Origin: a bacterium | Lineage (GTDB): Bacteria > Electryoneota > Electryoneia > Electryoneales > Electryoneaceae | Assembly (NCBI GenBank): GCA_963675295.2 | Contig: CAXXKJ010000002.1 | Location: 1,824,001-1,888,000 of the forward strand | Direction: 5' to 3' | Length of the DNA stretch: 64,000 nucleotides | Part shown: positions 9,434 to 18,729 of the stretch, piece after piece | Position numbering within the stretch: the stretch's first letter is position 1 | How the letters are laid out: each line of letters opens with the position of its first letter | Notes under the pieces: model-generated | Seen by the model: only the letters and a program-made list of their open reading frames with translations | The model's database searches: none | What the model was told of the DNA's origin: nothing | Program-made: the position numbers and the translations under genes

Positions 9434-11800
9434 ATGAACAGACTAACAACCATGATGATTATGCTGCTAGGTTGTGCTGTATCTGCAGGCGCTGATCTAG
9501 TATCTGCTCCTCATGGACAGCTAACTGCAGCTGCGGTGGTGGCAGACTCCTCAGGTAACAAGATCTTGTTTTGTTCGCCAGGAAATGGTTATTGGATGAC
9601 GCTGGATAGAGGACAATCGTGGGAACATATTAATGATAAGATAATCAACTCAGAGCTACTGTACAGTGGAGCGCATGGATATGCAGTTTCCATCGATCCA
9701 GCTGCGGATACACTAATTATCAATGCACAACAGGTGTCGCCAAATTTACCGTTACGTGAATTTCATAGCTATGATGGAGGTGAAACCTGGTCCAGCTATA
9801 ATATTGATGTTTTTTGGCCAGACTCATTACTACTAATTCATGGCTGGGGTGATTATATAGGAATAACAAGGTCTGAGCCATCAAGAACATTTTATTCTAA
9901 AACATCAGGATTTGGAATTAGTTATGGTGGTGATGTATGGAATATAATCGATATAAGTAACTATAGTCAAGGTATTGAGGGAATGTATCACCGACAAACT
10001 GATGTAGATACGATTTATTTATATGGAACGTTTGGTAAAAATGGTAATAATCAAGGAGGAATTCTGGTATCCTATGATGGGGGTATAAGTTGGGGACGTT
10101 TGGTTCCAATGCAAGATCTTGTTCCCGGACATGGAGGAATACATGGTCTAGTAAAAATCGGCCCATCTACCTTAATGGCATTACTTGAATCGTATGAGCT
10201 GGAACAACACCCGGATTTTATTCGATCCGATGATAATGGTGAAACGTGGTACACAGTAGCTGGGGAAGGTTTTCCGGAAACGATGGGTTGGAAAACAGAT
10301 CTCTGCGCAATAGAAGAAGTTCCAGGAAAATTGTTGGTTGGGGGACGAGATTTCATGGGTCTATGGGAATCCGACGATTACGGGGAAACCTGGAATCGAG
10401 TGCTTAGAGGTCTTCCAATTAATGGTATGCCAGTATTTCGTATCTATAGAAATGAATATAGCGGCCATCTTTATGTCTGTCTTCAGGGACAGGGGGTGTA
10501 TCAATCCACAGATTTGGGTATGTCGTGGCAGTTGATCCCTGGACCACCCTGCGGTGTCGTAGGTAATGATTGGCAGGGAACATTGGCCTTTACGGGTGGG
10601 GTGATGCGTTCTTCAGAATCGGGTGAACTCTGGGTGGCGCGCGGAACATCCACCACATTTGAACCCTTGGATACCCCAGTTTTCGAGGATTCTCATTGTT
10701 ACGTCCAAACATGTAGCTATGAGAACGATGATATTATTTATTCCCACAAAAGAGGTCTATTCTGGGAAAATGGAAATGGAGAACGAGAACAACGGCTGCA
10801 AATTCGTGTTCAGGCACAATCTGGTGAAGATCGTGAGATTACACCAGAATTAGTATCAATAACCGTTCCAGCGCATGTAATAATGAAGGATAATGGAGAA
10901 GATACTTTATATATAGCAACTAATGTAGTCCAAGATAGGATCTATACATATAATAGTGGTTCAATTGAATGGATAGAAAAGGAATTAGGTTTTATCGGAT
11001 ATTATATATTGGAACATGATAATAAATTATATTCTTATGCCGATACAGGAAGTGAATGGAAAATAGCAGTGAGCAGCAACTATGGTGATGATTGGCAATA
11101 TATGGAATTACCAGTACCACTTAACAATGGTTTTCAGGATATACAGGCAAAAATGTTGTTTGATACGAATGATATTTACGTCAGAATTGAAGAAAATGTA
11201 TGGGTGTATGACGGTGAATATTGGGAACAACGTGGTCAGATTGCCGGGGATATTAGTTCTGTAGTTCGATTGAACTGGGAGATAATAAATTTGGAAAACA
11301 ACATAATTCTCTTTGCTGGTACGGTTTTAAGCAGGAATCTATGGGTCTCTTATGATGCCGGATGGACATGGGAATCCCAGGCCATTGAACTACCTGATCC
11401 GTTTCTTGCGGAGACCACATGGCAATTGGAATACGACCCGTGGCGTGACCGGTTGTGGTTGGATACGGGTGTCGGGCTGGCGTATCTGGACGATCCGACC
11501 TCCTCGGTGGGGGAGGACGTGTGGGTGTTTCAGCCCGCGAACTATGTCACCCTGGACGCCTACCCGAACCCGTTCAACGCGTCGACGACAGTCCGGTACA
11601 CGGTAACCCGTCCCGGCGACGTCAAGGTGACCGTGTTCGACCTGCTCGGCCGGCGGGTGGCGGAGTTGTACGACGGCGTCGCGCGTCCGGGTGAACACAC
11701 CGTCTCGTTCGATGGGTCCGGGTTGTCGTCCGGGACCTATTTCCTGCACCTCGACACGCCGGAGCGGACGCTCAATCGTAAGCTGACTCTTGTCAAGTAA
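9434..11800 (+). CDS. Secreted BNR/Asp-box beta-propeller protein with T9SS/FlgD-like CTD
   Basis: Signal peptide; repeated SxDxGxTW Asp boxes (SYDGGETW, SDDNGETW, SDDYGETW, STDLGMSW, SYDAGWTW); AYPNPFN...GTYF...LTLVK CTD. Confidence 0.85.
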   Translation: MNRLTTMMIMLLGCAVSAGADLVSAPHGQLTAAAVVADSSGNKILFCSPGNGYWMTLDRGQSWEHINDKIINSELLYSGAHGYAVSIDPAADTLIINAQQVSPNLPLREFHSYDGGETWSSYNIDVFWPDSLLLIHGWGDYIGITRSEPSRTFYSKTSGFGISYGGDVWNIIDISNYSQGIEGMYHRQTDVDTIYLYGTFGKNGNNQGGILVSYDGGISWGRLVPMQDLVPGHGGIHGLVKIGPSTLMALLESYELEQHPDFIRSDDNGETWYTVAGEGFPETMGWKTDLCAIEEVPGKLLVGGRDFMGLWESDDYGETWNRVLRGLPINGMPVFRIYRNEYSGHLYVCLQGQGVYQSTDLGMSWQLIPGPPCGVVGNDWQGTLAFTGGVMRSSESGELWVARGTSTTFEPLDTPVFEDSHCYVQTCSYENDDIIYSHKRGLFWENGNGEREQRLQIRVQAQSGEDREITPELVSITVPAHVIMKDNGEDTLYIATNVVQDRIYTYNSGSIEWIEKELGFIGYYILEHDNKLYSYADTGSEWKIAVSSNYGDDWQYMELPVPLNNGFQDIQAKMLFDTNDIYVRIEENVWVYDGEYWEQRGQIAGDISSVVRLNWEIINLENNIILFAGTVLSRNLWVSYDAGWTWESQAIELPDPFLAETTWQLEYDPWRDRLWLDTGVGLAYLDDPTSSVGEDVWVFQPANYVTLDAYPNPFNASTTVRYTVTRPGDVKVTVFDLLGRRVAELYDGVARPGEHTVSFDGSGLSSGTYFLHLDTPERTLNRKLTLVK

Positions 11801-12023
11801 AAGACAGGAAAAAGACAGGTACAACACTTTCCAAACTTTCCATAGCCCGCGATTCGCGACTCCAACTCGCAGATCATTTGGAACCCAGATCCTTCATCCG
11901 ATACGGCCGGATTCAGGATGACACCCTTTCCAGTAGCCTACAGCCATAGAACGCAGCCCGTCACGCCTCCACCCGAGCAGGCTCTCAAGGTACCTGTTGC
12001 ACCACGAGTCAATTTGCCTATTT

Positions 12024-12042
12024 ATTAGGAACAATTCCTGTT
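12024..12042. promoter_or_regulatory. PerR/Fur-like operator upstream of the Fur-family gene
   Basis: ATTAGGAACAATTCCTGTT, a 19-bp dyad with an AGGAA-N3-TTCCT core resembling PerR boxes. Confidence 0.5.
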
Positions 12043-12184
12043 AGCAGTACGTGCAAGGATCGAAACGGGGCGTTGAGCAGTTGGTAGTCTGGGACAGGAA
12101 GTACCAGCTATCAAGCATTTCACTGGCAAGGCGGCGCCCCAACGGACGGTACATGAACGAGAAACCGAGGTCAGGCAGAACTCG

Positions 12185-12610
12185 ATGGCGCAGCAGTCCT
12201 TACAGAAAACGCAGCATCCGGAGGCGACTCCGCACCGGATGACCTCACAACGGCGGGCGGTGCTCGAGGTGTTGAACGACACTCTCGACCATCCGACGGC
12301 GGACGAGGTGTATCTGCGCGTGCGGGACAAATTGCCGCGTGTCAGCCTGGCGACGGTGTACCGCAACCTGGATGTGCTGGCGGAACTGGGACAGGTCAAG
12401 GTGATTGAATTCCCGGGCCGTCCGCGCCGGTATGACGCGATGACCGATCCGCATTACCACATCGTGTGTGTTGAGTGTGGCAAGGTGGAGGACGTGCATC
12501 TCAGCCAGTTACCCGACCTTGGCGCGATGGTGGCAAAGACCGGCGCGTACGAGGTACTGGCAGCACGGTTGGAGTTCGAGGGCCGGTGCTCCGAGTGCCG
12601 CAAGAGTTGA
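12185..12610 (+). CDS. Fur-family transcriptional repressor, PerR-like
   Basis: DHPTADEVY, SLATVYRNL, RRYD...HYHIVCVECG, C-terminal CSEC. Confidence 0.9.
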   Translation: MAQQSLQKTQHPEATPHRMTSQRRAVLEVLNDTLDHPTADEVYLRVRDKLPRVSLATVYRNLDVLAELGQVKVIEFPGRPRRYDAMTDPHYHIVCVECGKVEDVHLSQLPDLGAMVAKTGAYEVLAARLEFEGRCSECRKS

Positions 12611-12804
12611 AAGTTAGTTTGAATAGTTGACCGGCGAACTTAAGATCATACGGTCGATGATTGTTCTTTGACAGGCGTGTGAGTGCGAACGATGGTGCTT
12701 TGCGTGGAATTGGTACAGACAATCTCCTGAGAAAGTTTGCAATTTCACAATCTCTCGTTCTACATTGGCGTGTCGGAATGTTGATCCGTAGGAATATGAA
12801 CGGG

Positions 12805-12818
12805 TTAGGCGTTCCTAA
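12805..12818. promoter_or_regulatory. TTAGG-N4-CCTAA operator (DtxR/MntR-like)
   Basis: TTAGGCGTTCCTAA about 110 bp upstream of the ferritin-like cluster; the motif recurs before both SODs. Confidence 0.55.
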
Positions 12819-12930
12819 GGGGGAATCCTGCCGCAAGTTGTTCATTTTGCTTCATGGACACGATTCCCGCACCGCAATGTAGACAGATCCATGTGGACGA
12901 CAGGATATACACCGAACGAGAGAGGGCATC

Positions 12931-13371
12931 ATGACGCAGAAAGAAGCGCAGGAAAAGCTCATTGAGAACATGAAGAAGTGGCAGAAGGTCGAGAACGGTG
13001 CGATCGCGATCTGCAGCCGGATGTTGGAGAAGACCGACCACCCGATTCTGCGGATGGTGATGGAGACGATCATCCGTGACTCCCAGAACCACTACAATGT
13101 TCAGGGCCTGATCGTGGACAGCATGACGGCGAAGCCGATGACGCTATCGCCTGAAGATGTCAAGGCGATCTGGGAAGAAGTTGAAAAGCACAATGAGCTG
13201 GAGAAAGAGACCGTTCGACTGGCAAAAGAAGCGATCGAGGTCTTGAAAAAGTCGAAGTATCTCTCTGCTCAGAACTATCTGCTTGAGTATTTGCTGGCGG
13301 ATGAAGAGAAGCATGTGATGCTGCTCGATAACCTTGAGAAGGTGAAGGATAGCCTGTATCCGTACAACTGA
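12931..13371 (+). CDS. Ferritin-like (four-helix diiron) domain protein
   Basis: Helical protein with E...DSQNH and E...DEEKH carboxylate/His motifs. Confidence 0.7.
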   Translation: MTQKEAQEKLIENMKKWQKVENGAIAICSRMLEKTDHPILRMVMETIIRDSQNHYNVQGLIVDSMTAKPMTLSPEDVKAIWEEVEKHNELEKETVRLAKEAIEVLKKSKYLSAQNYLLEYLLADEEKHVMLLDNLEKVKDSLYPYN

Positions 13372-13398
13372 TCGTCGGATTGCAGTTTCACCGGTCTT

Positions 13399-13426
13399 AA
13401 GGGCAGCGCTTGGCGCTGCCCTTTTT
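13399..13426 (+). terminator. Rho-independent terminator
   Basis: GGGCAGCGC-TTG-GCGCTGCCC followed by TTTTT. Confidence 0.8.
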
Positions 13427-13546
13427 CAATGCGTCAGTGGAAACACTCACATGGCTGTAGCGTGGCAACAGCAACAAGCAAACGATAACAGCGCGATTGT
13501 TTTGGCAATGGCGCGCGAAGTCACACAGCAACGGAGGAGGTTTACG

Positions 13547-14050
13547 ATGGTCCTGTCAGCCAAGATGCGCGATGCGCTCAACGCTCAGATGACATTCGAG
13601 CTGCAGTCGGCGTACGAATATTTTGCGATGTCGGCGTGGTACAAGGCTCAGAACCTGGAAGGGTTCGCGTCGTTCATGAAGATGCACGGCATCGAAGAGA
13701 TGCAGCATGCGCAGAAGTTCTACGATTACGTGTTTGAGCGCATGTCGGAAGCGGAATTCGGCGCGTTGAAGAAGCCGAAGGCGAAGTATGACTCCGCGCT
13801 GGACGCGATGGAAACCGCGTTCAAGCATGAATTGGCCGTCACCAAGCGGATTCATGACCTGGTCGACCTCGCCGGCAAGGAAAAGGACAAGGCGACGGAA
13901 GCGTTCCTGCAGTGGTTCGTCACCGAGCAGGTGGAAGAAGAAGCGCTGGTCGATGAGTTCGTGCAGCGTCTGAAGCAGGTTGGCGACTTCACGCCGGGTC
14001 TGTTCTTCCTCGACCGTGAAATTGCGGGCCGCGCCCAGTCAGGTCACTAA
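13547..14050 (+). CDS. ftn: Non-heme ferritin
   Basis: ALNAQ..FELQS..Y, EEMQHA.K, HE..VT..I, FLQWFVTEQVEEE ferroxidase residues; GGAGGAGG RBS. Confidence 0.92.
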   Translation: MVLSAKMRDALNAQMTFELQSAYEYFAMSAWYKAQNLEGFASFMKMHGIEEMQHAQKFYDYVFERMSEAEFGALKKPKAKYDSALDAMETAFKHELAVTKRIHDLVDLAGKEKDKATEAFLQWFVTEQVEEEALVDEFVQRLKQVGDFTPGLFFLDREIAGRAQSGH

Positions 14051-14071
14051 GATTCTCCGATTGATGATTCA

Positions 14072-14104
14072 GCGGGGTCGGGAGGAATTCCCGTCCCCGT
14101 TTTC
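14072..14104 (+). terminator. Probable terminator after ferritin
   Basis: GCGGGG-TCGGGA...TTCCCG-TCCCCGT followed by a T-run. Confidence 0.6.
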
Positions 14105-14217
14105 GTACGCAGATGGAGAGCGCGTGGTGCACTGACTTTCGTTGCACGACTGGCCTCTGTATCTTGCATTCTCAGACAAAGATTTCGGATCACATCAACG
14201 GCAAAGGGAGCTGGACC

Positions 14218-14727
14218 ATGCCCACCGTGGAAGAAGCCATCCTCACGGCGATTGAATTCGAGAATCGTGTGCGCGACACCTATCGCGGCGCGGAGCAGGC
14301 GGCGAAGGATGATATTGGCAAGCGTGTGTTCAAGCTGCTCGCGGATGAAGAACAAGGCCATATCGATTATCTCAACAGCCGGCTGGAGCTGTGGCGCAAG
14401 GACGGCGTTTTGAAGGTTGAGAAGATGGAATCCATCGTTCCGCCGATGGATGTGATCGAGGAACGGCAGAAGGATCTGCAGAGCCGTCTCGCCGGCGAGG
14501 ATCGCGGCGAAGAGATCAAGATGCTGCAAAAGGCGCATGAGCTGGAGCAGCAGACGAGCGAATTCTACCAGAAGATGGTCAGCGAGATGGATTCCGAAGC
14601 GCAGAAGATGTTCGAGCGCTTTGTCGAGATCGAGGAAGGTCATGTCGCGGTCGTGCGTGCCGAAATTGACGCTCTGTCGGGCTCGGGCTACTTCTTCGAT
14701 TTCGCTGAATTCAACATGGAAGGCTGA
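14218..14727 (+). CDS. Rubrerythrin-like ferritin-family protein
   Basis: AIEFE...Y, LADEEQGH, AHELE...FY, IEEGH (two ExxH motifs); no rubredoxin domain. Confidence 0.85.
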   Translation: MPTVEEAILTAIEFENRVRDTYRGAEQAAKDDIGKRVFKLLADEEQGHIDYLNSRLELWRKDGVLKVEKMESIVPPMDVIEERQKDLQSRLAGEDRGEEIKMLQKAHELEQQTSEFYQKMVSEMDSEAQKMFERFVEIEEGHVAVVRAEIDALSGSGYFFDFAEFNMEG

Positions 14728-14764
14728 GCGAATCAGCCAGTGACTCGAACCCGGGAGTGTTTCG

Positions 14765-15277
14765 ATGGATCCCGTGCTGCAGAAGATCACGGACGGCCTG
14801 CGGAAGGCCATCGAGTTCGAAGGGGACGGCCACAATTTCTACATGATGGCCGCCGGCAACACGCAGGATGACAAGGGCAAGGAAGTGCTGTCAATGCTGG
14901 CGCGCGAGGAGCTGCAGCATGTCAAGTTCCTCCGTCACCAGTACAAGCATTTCATGGATACCGGGCGTCCCGACATGACGCTTAAGCTGCCGCATCACGA
15001 CGTGCTCAAGGGCGACCACCCGATCTTCTCGCCAAGTTTGAAGGAACGGGTGCATCAGGCGCACATGGAAATGAGCGCGCTGGCGATCGGGATTCAACTC
15101 GAACTCAGTTCGCAGCAATATTACCGTTCCCAGTCGGAAGAACACGACGGCAGCCGGGTTGGTGAATTCTATGCCGACCTCGCGGCGTGGGAGAAGGAAC
15201 ACTACGACGCGCTGTTACGTCAGCAGCAGAACCTGAAGGAAGACTACTGGTCGCAGGGCGGGTTTGCACCGTTTTGA
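14765..15277 (+). CDS. Rubrerythrin-like ferritin-family protein
   Basis: AIEFE..G..FY, LAREELQH, IQLE...YY, LAAWEKEH; ends YWSQGGFAPF. Confidence 0.85.
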   Translation: MDPVLQKITDGLRKAIEFEGDGHNFYMMAAGNTQDDKGKEVLSMLAREELQHVKFLRHQYKHFMDTGRPDMTLKLPHHDVLKGDHPIFSPSLKERVHQAHMEMSALAIGIQLELSSQQYYRSQSEEHDGSRVGEFYADLAAWEKEHYDALLRQQQNLKEDYWSQGGFAPF

Positions 15278-15351
15278 TTGATGACGCTGGCAATGGTCCA
15301 GCGATCAGCCTTGTTGCGGGTTTTCATCACCGATAGAGAATATGGTTATCG

Positions 15352-15628
15352 ATTACCACGGACTTAAGTCCGTGGTAATTTTGTTTTTACCTTCTCTGCC
15401 TGAGCCCTGAGCCCTGAGCCCTGAGCCCTGAGCCCTGAGCCCTGAGCCCTGAGCCCTGAGCCCTGAGCCCTGAGCCCTGAGCCCTGAGCCCGACGAAGCG
15501 GCCGCGTCTGTGCATCTCTAAACATGGCCACGTTCTTGCGGATCCGATGAGAAGGGGACAGCCGGCTTTGCTCGACTGTCCCCAAAGTTTTTTCTCAAGA
15601 CTCAAGACTCAGGACTCAGGACTCAGGA
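15352..15628. repeat. Composite repeat: 28-bp perfect palindrome (15352-79), (CTGAGCC)x13 (15400-90), GGCCGCGTCTG hairpin (15500-29), GGGGACAG palindrome (15554-83), CTCA(A/G)GA x5 (15594-628)
   Basis: Read directly from the sequence. Confidence 0.9.
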
Positions 15629-15652
15629 CTTCTGTTTTACTCCAGTGCGGTT

Positions 15653-16180
15653 GATGCCCCGAAGCTTGCTTCGGCCAGCTGCAGTTGGTTTCTTGTGGAA
15701 TGTCTGAGCTGATCCGAAAACAACACAACGTATCGATATTGCTATACCATCTTGTATGTGTAGCGAAATACCGTCGTGTTGTATTTGATGAACCTGAGAT
15801 AGATTTAACATTAAAGGATATCTGCTTTGAAATCCAAAAACGTTATGAAATAGAATTTATAGAAATTGGAATAGATAGAGATCATGTGCATTTCTTAGTG
15901 CAATCCGTGCCAACCATGAGTGCTACAAAATTAGTACGAACTATAAAGAGCATAACAGCACGAGAGATGTTTATCCGACAACCCAAAGTTAAAAAGCAGC
16001 TCTGGGGTGGGGAATTTTGGACAAAAGGTTATTATATATCCACCGTAGGTCCGCACGGTGACGAAAATACAATCAGAAAATACGTTATGAACCAAGGTAC
16101 AGAAGCTAACTACCAGCCGCTACATCAAAGTCGACTTGAGCTGTGAGTAGTCGATACCCCGTAGCTTGCTGCGGGGTAGT
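15653..16180 (+). mobile_element. IS200-like element (tnpA only) with subterminal hairpins
   Basis: Left GATGCCCCGAAGCTTGCTTCGG and right GATACCCCGTAGCTTGCTGCGGGGTAGT hairpins; AT-rich interior; exact cleavage ends not determined. Confidence 0.85.
15700..16146 (+). CDS. tnpA: IS200/IS605 family Y1 (HUH) transposase
   Basis: YHLVCVAKYRR, DHVHFL (HUH), LWGGEFWTKGYY, IRKYV. Confidence 0.93.
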   Translation: MSELIRKQHNVSILLYHLVCVAKYRRVVFDEPEIDLTLKDICFEIQKRYEIEFIEIGIDRDHVHFLVQSVPTMSATKLVRTIKSITAREMFIRQPKVKKQLWGGEFWTKGYYISTVGPHGDENTIRKYVMNQGTEANYQPLHQSRLEL

Positions 16181-16777
16181 TTATTTCGCATTCGCGAAGC
16201 GCTGTGCGACATCATCCCAGTTGACGAGATGGTCCATGAACGCGGCAGTCCAGTCGGGGCGTACATTCTTGTACTTCAGGTAGTACGCGTGTTCCCAGAC
16301 GTCGCAGACCAGCAGCGGAACCATGCCCTGCAGCGTCAGGTCCATGTGGATTTCGCTCCCGACGACGAACAGTTTCTCCAGCGTCTTGTCCCATCCGAGA
16401 ATGCCCCAGCCGCTGCCCATGACAGTATTTGTCGCGGCGAGGAACTGTTTTCTGAATCCATCGAACGAGCCGAAATCCTTGACGATCTGCTCCATCAACT
16501 CACCGACCGGTTCACCGCCGCCATTCGGCTTCATGTTGGTCCAGAAGACGCTGTGCAACGTGTGACCGGATCCGTTGAACGCCAAGGCTTTGGACAGCGC
16601 GTTCGCGGCCGCCATGTCGCCGGCTTCACGCGCGGCGGCGAGTTTGTCGAGCGTCGTGTTCAGCGCGGTGACGTAACCGTTGTGGTGTTTGTCGTGGTGC
16701 AGGGTGACGGTTTCCTTGTCGTACCACGGTTCGAGTGCGTCGTATTCGTAGGGCAGGTCGGGAAGTGTGTAGGCCAT
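16181..16777 (-). CDS. sod: Fe/Mn superoxide dismutase (copy 1)
   Basis: LPDLPY..DALEP, HHDKHH, HSVFW, GSGW, DVWEHAYY. Confidence 0.95.
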   Translation of the reverse strand: MAYTLPDLPYEYDALEPWYDKETVTLHHDKHHNGYVTALNTTLDKLAAAREAGDMAAANALSKALAFNGSGHTLHSVFWTNMKPNGGGEPVGELMEQIVKDFGSFDGFRKQFLAATNTVMGSGWGILGWDKTLEKLFVVGSEIHMDLTLQGMVPLLVCDVWEHAYYLKYKNVRPDWTAAFMDHLVNWDDVAQRFANAK

Positions 16778-16866
16778 GGTGTCCTCCGATCTTTTGCTTC
16801 AGTATGTGCGCTCTTGCGCGTGTGCGGAGGGGTAAGGAGACGGAACGGGCAGAGTTAGTCAAGTGT

Positions 16867-16880
16867 CTAGGATCGCCTAA
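16867..16880 (-). promoter_or_regulatory. TTAGG-N4-CCTA operator upstream of SOD copy 1
   Basis: Reverse complement TTAGGCGATCCTAG, 90 bp before the ATG. Confidence 0.55.
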
Positions 16881-16904
16881 CTCGGCTTTTGGTGGCTCAG
16901 TACG

Positions 16905-17124
16905 TATGAGGTATGAGGAGTGAGGTCTGAGGCTTGAGGCTTGAGGCTTGAGGCTACTGAAACTGGGGACATTTTGTCCTCAAAGTGTCCCCAGCGGCAC
17001 GAAAAGAAGACGAGGACACGTAGCGGAGTAAGTGTCCCCAGCGATAGGAAAAAAACGGGGACACTTGACGGAGCAAGTGTCCCCAGTTCTTGCTATTACC
17101 ACGGACTTCAGTCCGTGGTAATAG
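16905..17124. repeat. Composite repeat: about 7 nnTGAGG heptamers, three GG(G)GACA palindromes (16963-94, 17012-39, 17057-84), 32-bp ACCACGGAC palindrome (17093-124)
   Basis: Read directly from the sequence. Confidence 0.9.
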
Positions 17125-17170
17125 AATTGATTCACACCAGACACTGAGCGCTGATGGCTCATAACTGCCA

Positions 17171-17860
17171 TCAGTCGTCGATCATCCCACGCAGCAGGAG
17201 TAGCCGCACGAGGTTCAGGATCGCGGCGGTGGCGGCGGCGACATAGGTCCACGCCGCAGCGTCCAGCACCTTCTTCGCGCCGGTGGCTTCCTGCGGTGCG
17301 ACGTAACCGTCGGTGCGCAGAATTGCCATCGCCCGGCGGGAGGCGTCAAACTCGACCGGAAGCGTGACCAGGTGGAACAGCACCACGAGGCTGAACAGGA
17401 CAATGCCGGCGTCCAGCATCATCGGGCTCGCCATGAAGATGCCGATCAGGATCAGCGGGAACGACATCCACGATCCGACCTGTACCGGCATCGCCAGGGT
17501 ATGACGGAAGCGCAGCATCGAATAGTCCTGCTTGTGCTGAATCGCGTGGCCACACTCGTGCGCGGCGATCGCCAGCCCGGCGACGGAGGGCTCGTTGTAG
17601 TTGTGGGACGACAAAGCGACGACCTTCTTCATCGGGTCGTAGTGGTCACTCAGCACCCCGCGCGACTCAACAACCTCTACGTCCTGCAGACCGTGATTGT
17701 CGAGGATCCGGCGGGCGACCTGCTTGCCGGTCAGTCCCGCACCAGAGCGGATCTGGCTGAACTTGTTGTAGGCGCTTTTCACCTTGCTCTGCGCCCAGAC
17801 GGACAGGATAATCGCCGGGATGATCAGGACGATCGTCCAGTCGAAAATCGGTAGCATCAT
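17171..17860 (-). CDS. Membrane-anchored neutral zinc metallopeptidase (YugP-like)
   Basis: LSDHYDP, AAHECGHAIQH (HExxH), TLPVEFDASRRA, AAAWTYVAA. Confidence 0.9.
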   Translation of the reverse strand: MMLPIFDWTIVLIIPAIILSVWAQSKVKSAYNKFSQIRSGAGLTGKQVARRILDNHGLQDVEVVESRGVLSDHYDPMKKVVALSSHNYNEPSVAGLAIAAHECGHAIQHKQDYSMLRFRHTLAMPVQVGSWMSFPLILIGIFMASPMMLDAGIVLFSLVVLFHLVTLPVEFDASRRAMAILRTDGYVAPQEATGAKKVLDAAAWTYVAAATAAILNLVRLLLLRGMIDD

Positions 17861-18082
17861 CGTGTATTCTCCATGGGGTGCCTGTCGATCTGGCACCAGT
17901 GAACCTGTCAAGTTGAACGTCACAAAAGATACCACGCATCGGCATTCGCGGTTCCGTGTTTCCGGGCAACCGGGAGACGGCCCGGGAACGCAAGCGGGGC
18001 AGGTCTCGGGCCGTTGCGGGAGGAGGGGGCGAACGCTACCTTACCCGGCACGCAGGCACAGCCACGACGATTGAAAGCAACG

Positions 18083-18727
18083 ATGCTGAACTACCATCTC
18101 GCACGTGAGGAAATGGTCGAACTTCTCGAGGAGAAGGGGATCAAGGACCAGCTTGTCCTCGCGGCGATGCGTGAGATTAAACGGCACCTGTTCGTGCCGG
18201 CGAATCTGCGCGCGCGGGCGTACGAGAACAACGCGCTCAGCATCGGGCACGGGCAGACGATTTCGCAACCGTATATCGTCGCCCAGATGACGGAGCTGTT
18301 GCAGCTGACCGGCGAGGAATCGGTGCTCGAGATCGGCACCGGGACAGGGTATCAGACATTCGTGCTTGCCAAGTTGGCGAAGCGGATTTATACCATCGAA
18401 CGTGTCAAGGCGCTGGCGTTGGAAGCGGAAATGCGATTCCAGGAAAATGCCATCGCGAACGTTGTGCAGAAGCTCGGGGACGGGTCACTCGGGTGGGAAC
18501 GGTTCGCGCCGTTTGACCGTATCATCGTCACCGCCGGCGCGCCGGAAATTCCGTCACGGCTGATCGATCAGCTGGCCGAGGGCGGACGGATGGTTCTGCC
18601 CACCGGACCGCGACGGGTGCAGGATCTCAAGGTTGTGATCAAACGGGAAGGCCAGGCGTACGCCAGCAGTCATGGCGGATGCGTCTTTGTCCCGCTGATA
18701 GGCAGCGGCGGCTGGGAGGATGGATAA
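18083..18727 (+). CDS. pcm: Protein-L-isoaspartate O-methyltransferase
   Basis: RHLFVP, IGHGQTISQPYIVA, VLEIGTGTGYQ, APFDRIIVTAG, FVPLIG. Confidence 0.95.
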   Translation: MLNYHLAREEMVELLEEKGIKDQLVLAAMREIKRHLFVPANLRARAYENNALSIGHGQTISQPYIVAQMTELLQLTGEESVLEIGTGTGYQTFVLAKLAKRIYTIERVKALALEAEMRFQENAIANVVQKLGDGSLGWERFAPFDRIIVTAGAPEIPSRLIDQLAEGGRMVLPTGPRRVQDLKVVIKREGQAYASSHGGCVFVPLIGSGGWEDG

Positions 18728-18729
18728 GA

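Noticed and set aside
12931-15277. Encapsulin cargo system
   Set aside because: No encapsulin shell gene in the window and no LxVGSL-like targeting peptide on the ferritin-like proteins
15364-15605. ORFs with GSGLRAQ repeats
   Set aside because: Translations of the CTGAGCC heptamer array; no sign of coding function
16963-17124. Three similar 28-bp repeats with short spacers, CRISPR-like at first sight
   Set aside because: The repeats are not identical, the spacers are only about 17 bp, copies are dispersed elsewhere and there are no cas genes; treated as REP-like
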